This document shows positions 1 to 10,227 of a stretch of DNA of 64,000 nucleotides, piece by piece. Below the pieces are notes generated by a model that did no database searches, was not told where the DNA came from, and saw only the letters and a list, made by a program, of their open reading frames with translations. This stretch comes from Verrucomicrobiota bacterium. GTDB taxonomy: Bacteria > Verrucomicrobiota > Verrucomicrobiia > Limisphaerales > AAA164-E04. The stretch covers positions 192,001 through 256,000 of the forward strand of contig CP170459.1 in NCBI GenBank assembly GCA_047947115.1, written 5' to 3'. Positions within the stretch are counted from its first letter, which is position 1. Every line of letters begins with the position of its first letter. Both the position numbers and the translations under genes were made by a program.

Positions 1-516
1 TCAGCCACAAGTAAGGGAAAGAATCGAGAGTTGTTGACCCCGACCACGTTCAGTCTGATTCATGCCACGGACTTTGCCGACCGTTACGAGCGCCAATTGG
101 TCCCTCTCTTGCGGGCCGGTTATCTGGTGTTGTGTGACCGTTACATCTTCACCGCTTTTGCGCGCGATGTTGTTCGAGGATGTTCGCCCGATTGGGTGAG
201 AGGCATCTACGAATTCGCCGCTCAACCCGATCTGGTATTCTTCTTCAAGGCGCCACTGGAAACCTCCCTTGGCCGTATCCTGGACGGGCGTCCGCAGCTC
301 AAGTATTTCGAGGCGGGCATGGACATGAACTTTTCGTCGGACATGTATGAATCTTTCCGCCTCTTTCAGGGGATGCAATTGGAGCAATATCTTGCCATGA
401 GCACCGAGTTTGATTTTTTGATCGTGGATGCCAAAGGGAGAGTGGAAGAACAGCAGAGCGTTCTCCGACAATTGATCTCCGAACACATCAACCTGGATGC
501 CTATAAAAAGGATTGA
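1..516 (+). CDS. Thymidylate kinase-like protein (first of tandem pair), 5' end outside window
   Basis: Frame open from base 1; TMPK-like motifs ATDFADR, VLCDRY, QPDLVFF; stop overlaps the next ORF start. Confidence 0.8.
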   Translation, partial: SATSKGKNRELLTPTTFSLIHATDFADRYERQLVPLLRAGYLVLCDRYIFTAFARDVVRGCSPDWVRGIYEFAAQPDLVFFFKAPLETSLGRILDGRPQLKYFEAGMDMNFSSDMYESFRLFQGMQLEQYLAMSTEFDFLIVDAKGRVEEQQSVLRQLISEHINLDAYKKD

Positions 517-1304
517 TCATGACAACACCGAACAAATCCAAGTCAGCGGCAAAAACCCGAAATGAGCGTCGAAAGGCCCAGTATCGAAAGCAGCTCCAGG
601 TGGCTTTGCCCGCCCCGTCAAGCAAACTATCTTACGGGTGTGACATCCCCAATGTGGCTCTTGAAAAATTGACCGGTAAACTGATCGTGCTGGAGGGCGC
701 GGACGGCTCGGGACGTTCCACTCAGATCCGGGAGCTGGTGGACTGGCTGGAAGGCAATGGACACGCCACGGTTCAAGTGGGACTCAAGCGATCCACTCTC
801 GTCAGCGAAGAACTGGAACGTGCACAGGAAGGAAACATCCTGAGCCAAACCACCATGAGTCTTTTCTACGCAACCGACTTCGCAGATCAGTTGGAAAACA
901 TGATCATCCCCTCTCTGAAGGCCGGTTTCATAGTCATTGCGGATCGTTACATCTACACACTCATGGCGCGTGATCTGGTGCGAGGCATGAATCCGATCTG
1001 GGTCAAAAATCTCTACAGCATTGCTCTCGTTCCCGACGCTGTGTTTTATCTGAACGTTTCACCAGAACACCTCATTCAACGCAATCTGGCCAAAACGCAA
1101 AGCCTGGATTACTGGGAAAGCGGCATGGATCTAGGCTTCACGCGCGACATGTTTGACAGTTTCTTGAAATATCAACAATTGATTCGGAAAGAATTCCTAC
1201 AGATGAAGAAGACCTACAAGTTCAACGTCATCAACGGAGATCGTCCAACCGAAGAAGTTTACGAAGAACTCAGAACTGCCATCGACAAAGTTATTTCCGG
1301 TTAG
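513..1304 (+). CDS. Thymidylate kinase-like protein (second of tandem pair)
   Basis: LIVLEGADGSGRST P-loop (Arg for the usual Lys), IADRY motif, VPDAVFYL. Confidence 0.8.
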   Translation: MIMTTPNKSKSAAKTRNERRKAQYRKQLQVALPAPSSKLSYGCDIPNVALEKLTGKLIVLEGADGSGRSTQIRELVDWLEGNGHATVQVGLKRSTLVSEELERAQEGNILSQTTMSLFYATDFADQLENMIIPSLKAGFIVIADRYIYTLMARDLVRGMNPIWVKNLYSIALVPDAVFYLNVSPEHLIQRNLAKTQSLDYWESGMDLGFTRDMFDSFLKYQQLIRKEFLQMKKTYKFNVINGDRPTEEVYEELRTAIDKVISG

Positions 1305-1457
1305 AAATTCATTTTGGATGCCTTTGCTTGTGGAGCCATCGATTTCGCGGATGGAAACAGGATTCAAAGATGTGGTCAGGCAAAGAAACCATCCCACCGG
1401 TGCTGGTCCTTGCAGCCCCGCCGGTCCGGCAAGGCATACGCGCGGGCAAAAAACGAG

Positions 1458-3518
1458 TCACACCATCCTGAAATCCTTTTCAGCTTTCAACAGGGTATAG
1501 CAATCCGGCAGATCCAGTTCCTTGAGCATCCCCGGCACAAAGCCGGAAAGTGGCCAATTGTATTCTTTGGATGTGGCAATGGAGTGGAACGATTCCAAAC
1601 CGTCCTTCAGGGTGATCGAGGTCACCGTTTCATTATAGAGAACGGCAAATGCAGCGGGCAGAGTCCCCCACTCCTTTGCCACCACATGAATCCGCTCATG
1701 GCCTGCCTGTTCCAGCCATTTCAGGACCTGCAGGACATCCAATGTCTTTTGCCCGACGTACGGCCTGTTCAGCATGATGCCATGAATGGCATAGAAGTAG
1801 TCATTGCCATAGGGCTGCAGAAAGGAATTTTCGCCGCATGTGTCCGGTTTGGATTCACCAACGCCGCGCACGTCGCAGGCATAAAAGGCCTTCTGAGACA
1901 GGTCGGAGGGGACCTGTCTGCGCACCCATTCATCGGCCTGCAACTCAGCATCTGCCGAATGATGCGATACGTACAACACCGCATCTTTCACTTCGGTTTT
2001 TGGACGTGAATAATGCTGCTCCTGACCAAGTCGATAGACGACAGCCTGCGCACCGGGCTCGGATTCGATGACATAGGTGGTCACATGAGGATGGGGATAA
2101 CCGCGACTACCGCGTGGTCTCAGAATTCGATAATAGGGAGCCACCCGTTTCGCGGGCAATGCAAGATAATCAGCCAGTTTCTGGCGGATTGTTTTGGCGG
2201 CAAGCTCAGAACGTTGCTTCTTGAAGTCAAGTGCTTTGTCTGAAGTGAAATCAAACACAGTCCTGGATCCAAGCGAAGCAACTTGCCCGGATTCCACACA
2301 TTGCAAATCCTGGTCCTTTTCCAATTTGATGTGCGTTTCCGGAGAGTCCTTTTGAATACCGGTTGCACGGTTGAACCACTGATACATGGCTTCTCGATTT
2401 TCCTGGGAGAATCCATGGTAAGTGGGCCCGACAAAAAACTGAACCTGATGTTCCACCCCCAAAAGACGATAAACGTGCTTGAGCTGCTCAAAGGCCTGAT
2501 GCGCGCCTCGAACGTCAAAATAGTCCTTCTCCTTGGCAAGGATGACCACCGGCTTGGGAGCCATCGCGATCAGGCAATCGACATGATCCACGCCCAGGTC
2601 AATGCAACGCGGAGGGCATTGTTCGGTGTCGGCGGGCAATTCATTCTCAAGGTTTCGCCGTAGTGTTGTGACAAAGCAACTCGGCGCGGCCATCGTCCAT
2701 CGTGATTCCAATCCACACAACCACGTAGTCATGGTGCCGCCACCGGAGTTACCCGTCACTCCGATATGGTTCGGATCCACCTCCTCACGGGTCAGCAGGT
2801 AATCCAGAGCACGTATCCCGTCCCAAGCCCTCCAGGCTCCGATGAATTCATCCACCAAAAACTGTTGGTTGCCGGCATACAGATGTTCTCTCACACCAAC
2901 GCCCACCGTGGATTTCAAATCGTCGTTCACATATTGCAGACGTTCCCCCTGTCCGATGGGATCATAAATCAGCACCACATAACCCATGCGCGCCAATCCT
3001 TGAGAAAAGGATTGATAAGCGGCTTCCGCTTTGCCGTTGGACGAGTGCCCGCATGTTCCGATGACACCGGGCATCGGCTTGTCGTGTTGGGTGGGAACAT
3101 ACAAATTGGCTGTGACCAGAAATCCGGGACGGCTTTCAAAAATCAGTTTCTCGACACGATACCCATCGCGCTCGAGCACTCCGGTGATGCGCGCGTTCAA
3201 CGGTGTCCGTTCGGGCTCGGGACCAAAGGAAGCACGTATGTGATGGCGGATGGTTTTGACGTATAATTCGGCATCGGATTTGGATTGCAAAGAGGCCCGG
3301 ATCTTGTCGCTCTTCCCGGTCTCCTCCCGCACACGTCGCACATAGAACTCCTGGACCATCCGAGGAAAACGATTCAATGACTGCCTTTCGCCCACAGCAC
3401 CCTGCCCCCACAAAGAAGGAGTCCATAGAGATCTGGAAACGGATGCCCAGCCGACCACCAGGCCTGCGGTTGATTTGGCCCATTGACGCCGCGAAATGGA
3501 ATTGGATTTTGTGCTCAT
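1458..3518 (-). CDS. Tat-exported alpha/beta-hydrolase (acetyl xylan esterase-like, two hydrolase lobes)
   Basis: SRRQW twin-arginine leader, GNSGGG nucleophile elbow, D..RALDYL, YRVEKLIFESRPG motif. Confidence 0.8.
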   Translation of the reverse strand: MSTKSNSISRRQWAKSTAGLVVGWASVSRSLWTPSLWGQGAVGERQSLNRFPRMVQEFYVRRVREETGKSDKIRASLQSKSDAELYVKTIRHHIRASFGPEPERTPLNARITGVLERDGYRVEKLIFESRPGFLVTANLYVPTQHDKPMPGVIGTCGHSSNGKAEAAYQSFSQGLARMGYVVLIYDPIGQGERLQYVNDDLKSTVGVGVREHLYAGNQQFLVDEFIGAWRAWDGIRALDYLLTREEVDPNHIGVTGNSGGGTMTTWLCGLESRWTMAAPSCFVTTLRRNLENELPADTEQCPPRCIDLGVDHVDCLIAMAPKPVVILAKEKDYFDVRGAHQAFEQLKHVYRLLGVEHQVQFFVGPTYHGFSQENREAMYQWFNRATGIQKDSPETHIKLEKDQDLQCVESGQVASLGSRTVFDFTSDKALDFKKQRSELAAKTIRQKLADYLALPAKRVAPYYRILRPRGSRGYPHPHVTTYVIESEPGAQAVVYRLGQEQHYSRPKTEVKDAVLYVSHHSADAELQADEWVRRQVPSDLSQKAFYACDVRGVGESKPDTCGENSFLQPYGNDYFYAIHGIMLNRPYVGQKTLDVLQVLKWLEQAGHERIHVVAKEWGTLPAAFAVLYNETVTSITLKDGLESFHSIATSKEYNWPLSGFVPGMLKELDLPDCYTLLKAEKDFRMV

Positions 3519-3614
3519 GACTGTGGAAATGGTTACCCACCTTTCATGAACCTCCAACGCCCGTTCATCAAGGAAAAAGCATTTCCATCACAGAGCTGTC
3601 AAGGCGCCCGCAAA

Positions 3615-3846
3615 GGTTGAGACGTGTTGTCCCTGACACGTCCCTTGCGATGTTGGAAGTCCATTGAATCCCGGTTTCGGGAAGCCTGTCGTTCTCACTG
3701 AACAGCATTCTTAGCTTGGGCGGGAACGAACGATTTGTGGTTCGAATAGGTCAGGGTTTTCATCTGGATCGCATTCCTGAACATGCAAGTCACGAGGTGC
3801 GGACCAGGATCCGCGCGGTCGCGGGGCAGCCTGGTCCGATCTGGCC
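3615..3846. repeat. GTAG-type REP doublet, degenerate copy
   Basis: Left GTTGAGACGTGTTGTCCCTGACACGTC, right CGGACCAGG..CTGGTCCGATCT; internal TTCGGGAAG shared with copies at 17.2 and 33.7 kb. Confidence 0.7.
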
Positions 3847-4770
3847 TCAGCCCGCCCCACGTGAAGTCCATCTGCGGTATCCCCAGAAACATCCCCAAAG
3901 CAGACACAGCAACCAGGGGGCCACCATCACACTCATGGCGGCGGCGGTTCCAAATTTCCCGAAGGAAAAGGCGCTTTGATAGGTATAGGACACCAGCAGC
4001 AGACCGGCATCAGCCGTGCCCCCTGAACCGCCCAGCAACACATAGGCGCCACTGAAAAGCGCAAACGCATCCACGATGAGATAGACGAGACAAAACAAAA
4101 GCACATGTCTCAGGAAAGGCAGGGTCACCCATCGAAACCGATGCCAGGCTTTGGTGGATTCGACCTGTAAGGCCTCGTAATACATCTTGGGAATGGATTC
4201 CATGGCGGCCACGAGAAAAAAAGTTATGAATCCCAACCACCTCCAAACGCATTGAAGCACCAAAGCCATCAGGATGAAGTCGGGATCTTTCAGCCAGTTG
4301 ATGGGTTTGCCCCCAAACGGAATCACAAACCATTGGTTCAACAGTCCCTGACGTCCGTGAAAGACCAACAAAAACAACAGGGCCAGGACCGCGGGTGGTG
4401 TGAGCCCGGGAAGCAACATCATGAACTGAAAAGCCGGCCGCAAACGGGCATGCACCGATTTCAAACCGTGCGCCAGCAACAAGGACAAAGGCAAAATCAG
4501 TCCAATCGATGCCAATGTGTAAACCGCCGTATTGCGGACCGCCTTGAAGTATCGACCGTCATTCAGGAGTTCACGGTAATGCTGCAGTCCCACAAAGGAG
4601 GACTCTCCGAACAATTGATCAGAGTAGAGGCTCATACGCACTCCCCCGATCAAAGGTGCGAGCCAGAAGCAAACGAAGAGAATAAAAAAAGGCGCCAGCA
4701 GTCCGTATACTGCGTGGCGCCTTGCAAAGTTCATGAAACCGTTTCGGACAGGTTCCGGATCGAATGGCAC
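3847..4770 (-). CDS. Carbohydrate ABC transporter permease
   Basis: Several TM segments, FVGLQHY motif, EAA-like loop IPKMYYEALQVE. Confidence 0.9.
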   Translation of the reverse strand: MPFDPEPVRNGFMNFARRHAVYGLLAPFFILFVCFWLAPLIGGVRMSLYSDQLFGESSFVGLQHYRELLNDGRYFKAVRNTAVYTLASIGLILPLSLLLAHGLKSVHARLRPAFQFMMLLPGLTPPAVLALLFLLVFHGRQGLLNQWFVIPFGGKPINWLKDPDFILMALVLQCVWRWLGFITFFLVAAMESIPKMYYEALQVESTKAWHRFRWVTLPFLRHVLLFCLVYLIVDAFALFSGAYVLLGGSGGTADAGLLLVSYTYQSAFSFGKFGTAAAMSVMVAPWLLCLLWGCFWGYRRWTSRGAG

Positions 4771-4776
4771 GCGTTC

Positions 4777-6051
4777 CTATTCCTTCAGCATTGTCCGCAT
4801 TTGGCGGATGGTTTCCTTGGGGCTGATCTGACCATACATCAGCGAGCTGAAGAAATTTTCCTGGAACAGGAAAACCGCCTGGGGACGTTTGGGATGCATC
4901 ACCACTTCGGGAAGTTCCGGAGCCAGCTGGGTCAGCAGGTCCCCGAATTTCTGATGACTGAAGTAGGCGTTGGGCTGGTGCAGACGCTCGTCATCCCATG
5001 CCGGCTGAAAGGCAGGAAAACTGTTCCCTCCCACAAATCGCTCAACGTTGGCTTCCTTGTCCTTGATAACCCATTCAATGAATTTCCAGGCTTCTTCGAT
5101 TTTCTTGCTGTTTTTGTAGATCAATAATCCCTGCCCCGCAAAAGTGGAAGTGCGACGGCCAGGCACACCAAAACGATCCTTCCAAGCGGGCAGCGGCATG
5201 ACGCCCCACTTGCCTTTGAGTTCGGGAGAAAATTGCTGGATCATGTCCAGTCCATACCAATCAGCTCCAATGATGCTGAGCACTTCTCCGTAATTGACCA
5301 TGCTGCTGAAGAAGACAGGATCAAAAATGCTGGCGCGTTCAGGAATCAATCCGATGCCTTCATCATTGAGCATGTAGAGCCAGTTCATGACCGACTCGGA
5401 TTCGGCTTCATCGGGGAACATCCGCCCGGCGCGATCAAACCAGTCTGCGCCTTTCTGGCGCAACAGGATTTCAAAATAAGTGGGGTCGAGAGCAATCAGT
5501 GCCTGATTCTTTTTGGCAAGTTCACGACCTGTGTCCACGAAATCGTCCCAGGTGGCGATATCTTCCGGATCGATGCCGTGTTCCTTGAACAAATCGGTAC
5601 GGTAATAAAGCACCATGGCGCTCAGGGATTGAGGCAAGCCGTAGATCGCATCACCTTTGGCAAACAACTTCAGGCGCTGAGGAACGATTCCTTTGTCCAA
5701 CTCCGCTTTTTGGACGCGTTCGGCCAAGTCAACGAATGGCACTTCATCGGCCAGGTAGCTACCGAACAGCACTTCATCCAATTGCACGATATCGGGCGGA
5801 TTGGTTCCGGTTTTGATGGCAATGGCCAGTTTGTCAGGCATCTCACGAAATCCGAAGGCCTGAATATCCGCCTTGAATTCGGAATCCACTCTGGCCTGAT
5901 ACTCCTTGACCATTTTCTCATAATAGGTCTTGTCCTGAAAGGAACTGATCCAGAGATTGACGGGTTCCGCTGCAACGGCAGACCCCACAGCGAGCAATGC
6001 CGCGGCGCCAAACAGCTGTACCACAGAATGCAACTTGGTAAAAAGGCTCAT
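4777..6051 (-). CDS. Carbohydrate ABC transporter substrate-binding protein
   Basis: Signal peptide, PPDIV, IYGLP..LYYRTDLF, TWDDF motifs; adjacent permease. Confidence 0.9.
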   Translation of the reverse strand: MSLFTKLHSVVQLFGAAALLAVGSAVAAEPVNLWISSFQDKTYYEKMVKEYQARVDSEFKADIQAFGFREMPDKLAIAIKTGTNPPDIVQLDEVLFGSYLADEVPFVDLAERVQKAELDKGIVPQRLKLFAKGDAIYGLPQSLSAMVLYYRTDLFKEHGIDPEDIATWDDFVDTGRELAKKNQALIALDPTYFEILLRQKGADWFDRAGRMFPDEAESESVMNWLYMLNDEGIGLIPERASIFDPVFFSSMVNYGEVLSIIGADWYGLDMIQQFSPELKGKWGVMPLPAWKDRFGVPGRRTSTFAGQGLLIYKNSKKIEEAWKFIEWVIKDKEANVERFVGGNSFPAFQPAWDDERLHQPNAYFSHQKFGDLLTQLAPELPEVVMHPKRPQAVFLFQENFFSSLMYGQISPKETIRQMRTMLKE

Positions 6052-6339
6052 ATAACTAAAACAATGAATGGGTGCTTGATTTAATTTGTAACGAAAAGGA
6101 ATACTACCGAACTCAAGATTGGATAGCAATCCCTTGATTTTGGACATCTCGACTTCAAATTCTATTCATCCGGAGTCCCGAACAACCTATTTTCTCTCAC
6201 GGAGCCAGCAGGCCGCGAAGAATTGAAATATTGAGAGAAGTAGCACACCCAAAAACTTTTTGCCTTAGGGCCTTTGTGTGAAAAAAATGCACTCACAGAT
6301 TGCCATCGGCCGATCGAATTAGGCACATTGTCCCCCGTC

Positions 6340-7098
6340 ATGCTGCGACGTGTTCTTGCTCACCCCATTCGTTTTACTTCCAGACTGACCCGATTCTTGC
6401 TGATGTTGCTCCGGGCAGGGCTGGATGGCTCCCGCATGCGCCTGAGAGGTGAGGTGTCGCGGCCGGAACGCAATCAATGGATGAGAAAATGGAGCCGCCA
6501 CATTGCCTCATCCCTAGACATCAAAATCAACGTCCATGGAAATCCTCCCAAACACGGTTTGTTGGTCGCCAATCATTTGAGTTATCTGGACATCATCGTT
6601 CTCGGCACCACGACGCCAGCTACTTTTCTCAGTAAGGCCGAAGTGAGGTGGTGGCCGGCAATTGGCTGGCTCACTCAGTTTGCGGGAACCCTTTACGTCA
6701 AGCGCGAGAAAAAAAAGGATCTGCACGCCTTGGCCGAGTCATTCTCGGAGGTTTGGGAGGAAAAGTCTCTGATTGTCATGTTCCCTGAAGGAACCAGTTC
6801 CAATGGAGAAACCATCCTGCCCTTCCGTTCATCACTCCTGAAACCGGCATGTGACAATCAACAGCCTGTTACTCCCGCGTATGTTCGTTATGTGTGTGAG
6901 GGAGGGACTTTGATAGATGATGTTTATTTCTGGGGAGACATGGCTTTTGTACCCCATTTGATTCGGATGCTTTGCCTGGAATCTGTCAGCGCCGAGATCC
7001 ATTTCGGAGCAACCCGGTATCCGCAGGGTCAGGATCGAAAGGAAATCACCAAGCTACTAAGGGAAGACATCCTGGCTATGAAATCGGATCACCCGTAG
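6340..7098 (+). CDS. Lysophospholipid/1-acyl-sn-glycerol-3-phosphate acyltransferase (PlsC/OlsA-like)
   Basis: NHLSYLD (HX4D) and FPEGT motifs. Confidence 0.9.
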   Translation: MLRRVLAHPIRFTSRLTRFLLMLLRAGLDGSRMRLRGEVSRPERNQWMRKWSRHIASSLDIKINVHGNPPKHGLLVANHLSYLDIIVLGTTTPATFLSKAEVRWWPAIGWLTQFAGTLYVKREKKKDLHALAESFSEVWEEKSLIVMFPEGTSSNGETILPFRSSLLKPACDNQQPVTPAYVRYVCEGGTLIDDVYFWGDMAFVPHLIRMLCLESVSAEIHFGATRYPQGQDRKEITKLLREDILAMKSDHP

Positions 7099-7147
7099 GA
7101 GGAACCGGGCGCGAAAGGAAAGAACTCCTTTTGGAAAGACAGCCAAT

Positions 7148-7903
7148 CTAACGTCTCGCCACGACAAAACCGTTGAACATGCCATATTTCCATGGGCCAA
7201 GGTTCAGGCAAAAGTCAACAAGCGGGGGGACTATTCGATCCGTGCAGGCGACGGATTCTATGCGACATCCGTAATGGCGAAGAAACCCCGCGATCTCCAG
7301 CGGATTGGTGGCTATGATGGCATCGTCATCCGGCGTGAACGGTTCTTTGACGATGGGTTCCATCCGGTCAAACCCCCAATGTTCAAACGCCCCTTTCATG
7401 AGTTTGCGTTTGGTCATCAGGCGTTTAAAATTGGCCCACTTGTTGCCGACGCCTCTCATTTTCGGGTGATAATCCTTAAAACCCAGTACTCGAAAAAAGT
7501 TGGGACTTGATACAACCACTTTTCCCCCGGGACGAACCACCCTGACAATTTCCTTCAGGAACGCTTCGGGTTGCTCCACGTGTTCCAACACATTAAAGGC
7601 GCCCACTGCACCAAAAAAACGAGCTTCAAAAGGCAACGTTTTTCCATCGTAGAACTGACATTTGTCGGAGTGCTGCCGCGCTCGCTCGACATTCGGATGG
7701 GACACATCCACACCGTGAGCATCCACTCCGCATGAGGTCAGTTCCGCCACCACCTGCCCCACGCCACATCCGACATCCAAAACGGGCAGGTCCTTTGAGT
7801 CAGGCACCATGGTATTGATATACTTCTGGTAAAATGATACGTCCCAAGCAGAGAGAAACTCGGCGTAGGCTTGATTATCTTGATAGGTTTCCTGGTGTCC
7901 CAT
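7148..7903 (-). CDS. Class I SAM-dependent methyltransferase
   Basis: VLDVGCGVG, VLEHV, VRPGG motifs. Confidence 0.9.
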   Translation of the reverse strand: MGHQETYQDNQAYAEFLSAWDVSFYQKYINTMVPDSKDLPVLDVGCGVGQVVAELTSCGVDAHGVDVSHPNVERARQHSDKCQFYDGKTLPFEARFFGAVGAFNVLEHVEQPEAFLKEIVRVVRPGGKVVVSSPNFFRVLGFKDYHPKMRGVGNKWANFKRLMTKRKLMKGAFEHWGFDRMEPIVKEPFTPDDDAIIATNPLEIAGFLRHYGCRIESVACTDRIVPPLVDFCLNLGPWKYGMFNGFVVARR

Positions 7904-7914
7904 GTGCTGGCGGC

Positions 7915-8089
7915 TTCAAGCAAGCATCCCAAAAGCATGACTTCGACGGGGATATGCCACCGCACGCCCGGTGGCGCGACCGCGGAACACACCTGACGTT
8001 GCATAACCCCGCCCCCCTCGCGGACCCGCAGCCCCCGTGTATCGGGAGGCCATGGCTTGCCGGGTGGCGACTTTGGTTGGATGCTTGAA
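7915..8089. ncRNA. Candidate structured ncRNA (~175 nt, 6S-like rod)
   Basis: Nested complementary segments CAAGCATCC/GGATGCTTG, AAGCATG..ACGGGG/CCCCGT..CATGGCTT, CCGCGG/TCGCGG in a GC-rich intergenic gap; folded by eye only. Confidence 0.35.
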
Positions 8090-8138
8090 CATTCGGGAAG
8101 GATTGAACCACAACCGACGCACAAAAAAAAGCTCCGAC

Positions 8139-9263
8139 TTAATCCGCTGGATCATTCTTCTTCTCCTCGCCACACGAACTGCAGTGGGTCAGGAGTGAAT
8201 GACGTACGTGATGACAAGACGAGCATTCTTCAAACAACCGGGTACCACATGAAGGACAGCTATAAGTCTGCTCCGCTTCGGAATCCCCCGAGTGTGGAAT
8301 GGTTTTGTGCACCGTCCGACGCGTCCAGTATAGAAATCTGCGCGGCCCAGTGCGAATCGGGTATTCGCAGATCGGACAAAGAAACCGTTCGTAGGCCTCA
8401 CGATATTGCTTTTGCAGCCAATTCTTACCGGGAAAGGCAACGATTCCGATGGCATGGACCAGAACTTTTCCCACACCCGCCAGCAGGGTCAGGATAAGGA
8501 TGTATTTCACATACTGAGCGGGGAAATACTTGTTCACCACCCAAAAGGCTTTGATCAAAGTAGCAACCCCAAACGCGAGGAATACCGGAAAATAAACACT
8601 TTGGTTCCGGCGTATGACCAAAAAACCGGCCAACACCAGCAAGGGCACCAGCAGACACAGTTCCAAAGTGGCCAACCACATGCGATGTTTGCGAACCAGC
8701 TCGCTGTACTCTTCCCTGGCGGGAATCAGCAATTCATTGATTTGTGCATCCAATGCCTGCTTTTCATCCTCGGCGAGCCGTTTCTGCTCGGCTTGATCGT
8801 GCAGGTTTTGGTTAAAGGTCTGGAATGAGGTCTGGGTTTCCAGGAATTGGTTCAGCGTATTGGCCAGGTTTTGCTGGTCGTTTTCTGAAAGAGGCAATTC
8901 CTTTTGAAGGGACAACTTTTGCAATTCAACCAACTGGACGATGGTGTCCTGCAGATTTCTCGATCCATCCGACAAGATACGCTGTTCCTCCTGCAAACGG
9001 GTTATCCGGCGGCCAAGATTCCCAATTTCAACGTTCAATTCTTTCGAACGATCCCTGAGCGCGACATCCACCCGGTTGGTTTCGATACTTTGCCAATCGG
9101 GCCCTTTGATGGATTCAATGTCCCGAATAAAAAAGCCTTCCAGCAAATAGGTGAGTATTCCGAGGGCCAGCGTCAGAACCCAGATCACCATCCGGTTTAA
9201 CCAGGGCCCTTTGGGGCGGCTTCGGGTGGATTTGGCAGGCTGGGTTGAGCTGGTAGTTTTCAT
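8139..9263 (-). CDS. Membrane protein with coiled coil and C-terminal double zinc ribbon
   Basis: N-terminal TM, long Q/L/E heptad region, three TMs, four CxxC pairs (CPIC, CPSC, CSSC, CSSC). Confidence 0.75.
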   Translation of the reverse strand: MKTTSSTQPAKSTRSRPKGPWLNRMVIWVLTLALGILTYLLEGFFIRDIESIKGPDWQSIETNRVDVALRDRSKELNVEIGNLGRRITRLQEEQRILSDGSRNLQDTIVQLVELQKLSLQKELPLSENDQQNLANTLNQFLETQTSFQTFNQNLHDQAEQKRLAEDEKQALDAQINELLIPAREEYSELVRKHRMWLATLELCLLVPLLVLAGFLVIRRNQSVYFPVFLAFGVATLIKAFWVVNKYFPAQYVKYILILTLLAGVGKVLVHAIGIVAFPGKNWLQKQYREAYERFLCPICEYPIRTGPRRFLYWTRRTVHKTIPHSGDSEAEQTYSCPSCGTRLFEECSSCHHVRHSLLTHCSSCGEEKKNDPAD

Positions 9264-9307
9264 GTTAACTGGCAAACTGGTTTGGAACGATCTTGCCTGA
9301 ATCAAAG

Positions 9308-10095
9308 CTACGCCTCGATTGAATGAGACGCAAGACCAGAGGGCAAAAGTAAGTCCATCTCCCGACCAAGTAACTTCAAAGCGGGCTTATCATCGTGAAG
9401 AAGAAATGCTTTTTTGATGTGATCCGCTTTCACACCACTCACGCTTAGTTGATGGTCTTCAGGCCAATCAAAGACATGCAAAAAAAACTTGTTGCCCTTG
9501 CCCGTAATACGTCCCCACACCTGCCCTGGTATACTTGATTTCCGGGTTCCGTAGATGGCATCGCCATGAACCTCCAACCATTCGCCCATAGCGATCAAAC
9601 GGTCCTGCAGGATCACCGGATTCGTCCCATCCGCAGCAGGCCCTATGTTCAACAACAAGTTGCCCCCATTTGAAACCAGATCAATCAACATCCGAACCAC
9701 GCTTTCCCTTTTCTGGTAATCGTCATAGCCCTCCAATCGATTCAGCCCAAAGCTGTGCCCGATGCCGCGACATTCTTCGAATGGTTTGTTTTGGCGTAAT
9801 CCTGGTAACGAACATCCTCTCCATAACGGGATTTATGGAAATTGGATACTTTTCCGTCATGCGATTTGGTTCGCAACCAATGCCAATACCATTCGGAGTA
9901 GGTTGATTTGTCACAATAGGCCGGAACCGAATAAACGCCCCAATGAATGAAAATCCCGAATTTGGCGTCACCAAACCAAGAGGGTGATGGACGTGCGTTA
10001 AGAGATTCCCAATTGGGCTGGTAAGTGGATTCAGCCAACAGGTTTTGAATCAAAACCAACAGAAGGCCCAACGAAACCAAAGGTAATGATTTCAT
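9308..10095 (-). pseudogene. Alpha-L-fucosidase (GH29) pseudogene, internal deletion plus frameshift
   Basis: [14 protein letters not shown] block jumps near 9790 into another frame with [24 protein letters not shown]; central barrel absent. Confidence 0.85.
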
Positions 10096-10227
10096 GCTGC
10101 CAGTCTAAGAAAGGAAGTCCCTGAATCATAGCAATTCCTTGTCAAGCATTGCACATATCCTGCTAAATCCGAAGCCAAAGGTCGGATCAAAAAGCCGGCT
10201 TCTCAGGAATCAGCGTAAGCCACCCTG

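Noticed and set aside
7915..8089. SRP RNA, RNase P RNA or tmRNA
   Set aside because: No CAGG-GNRA-AGCAG SRP motif, no GAGGAAAGTCC, no tRNA-like ends
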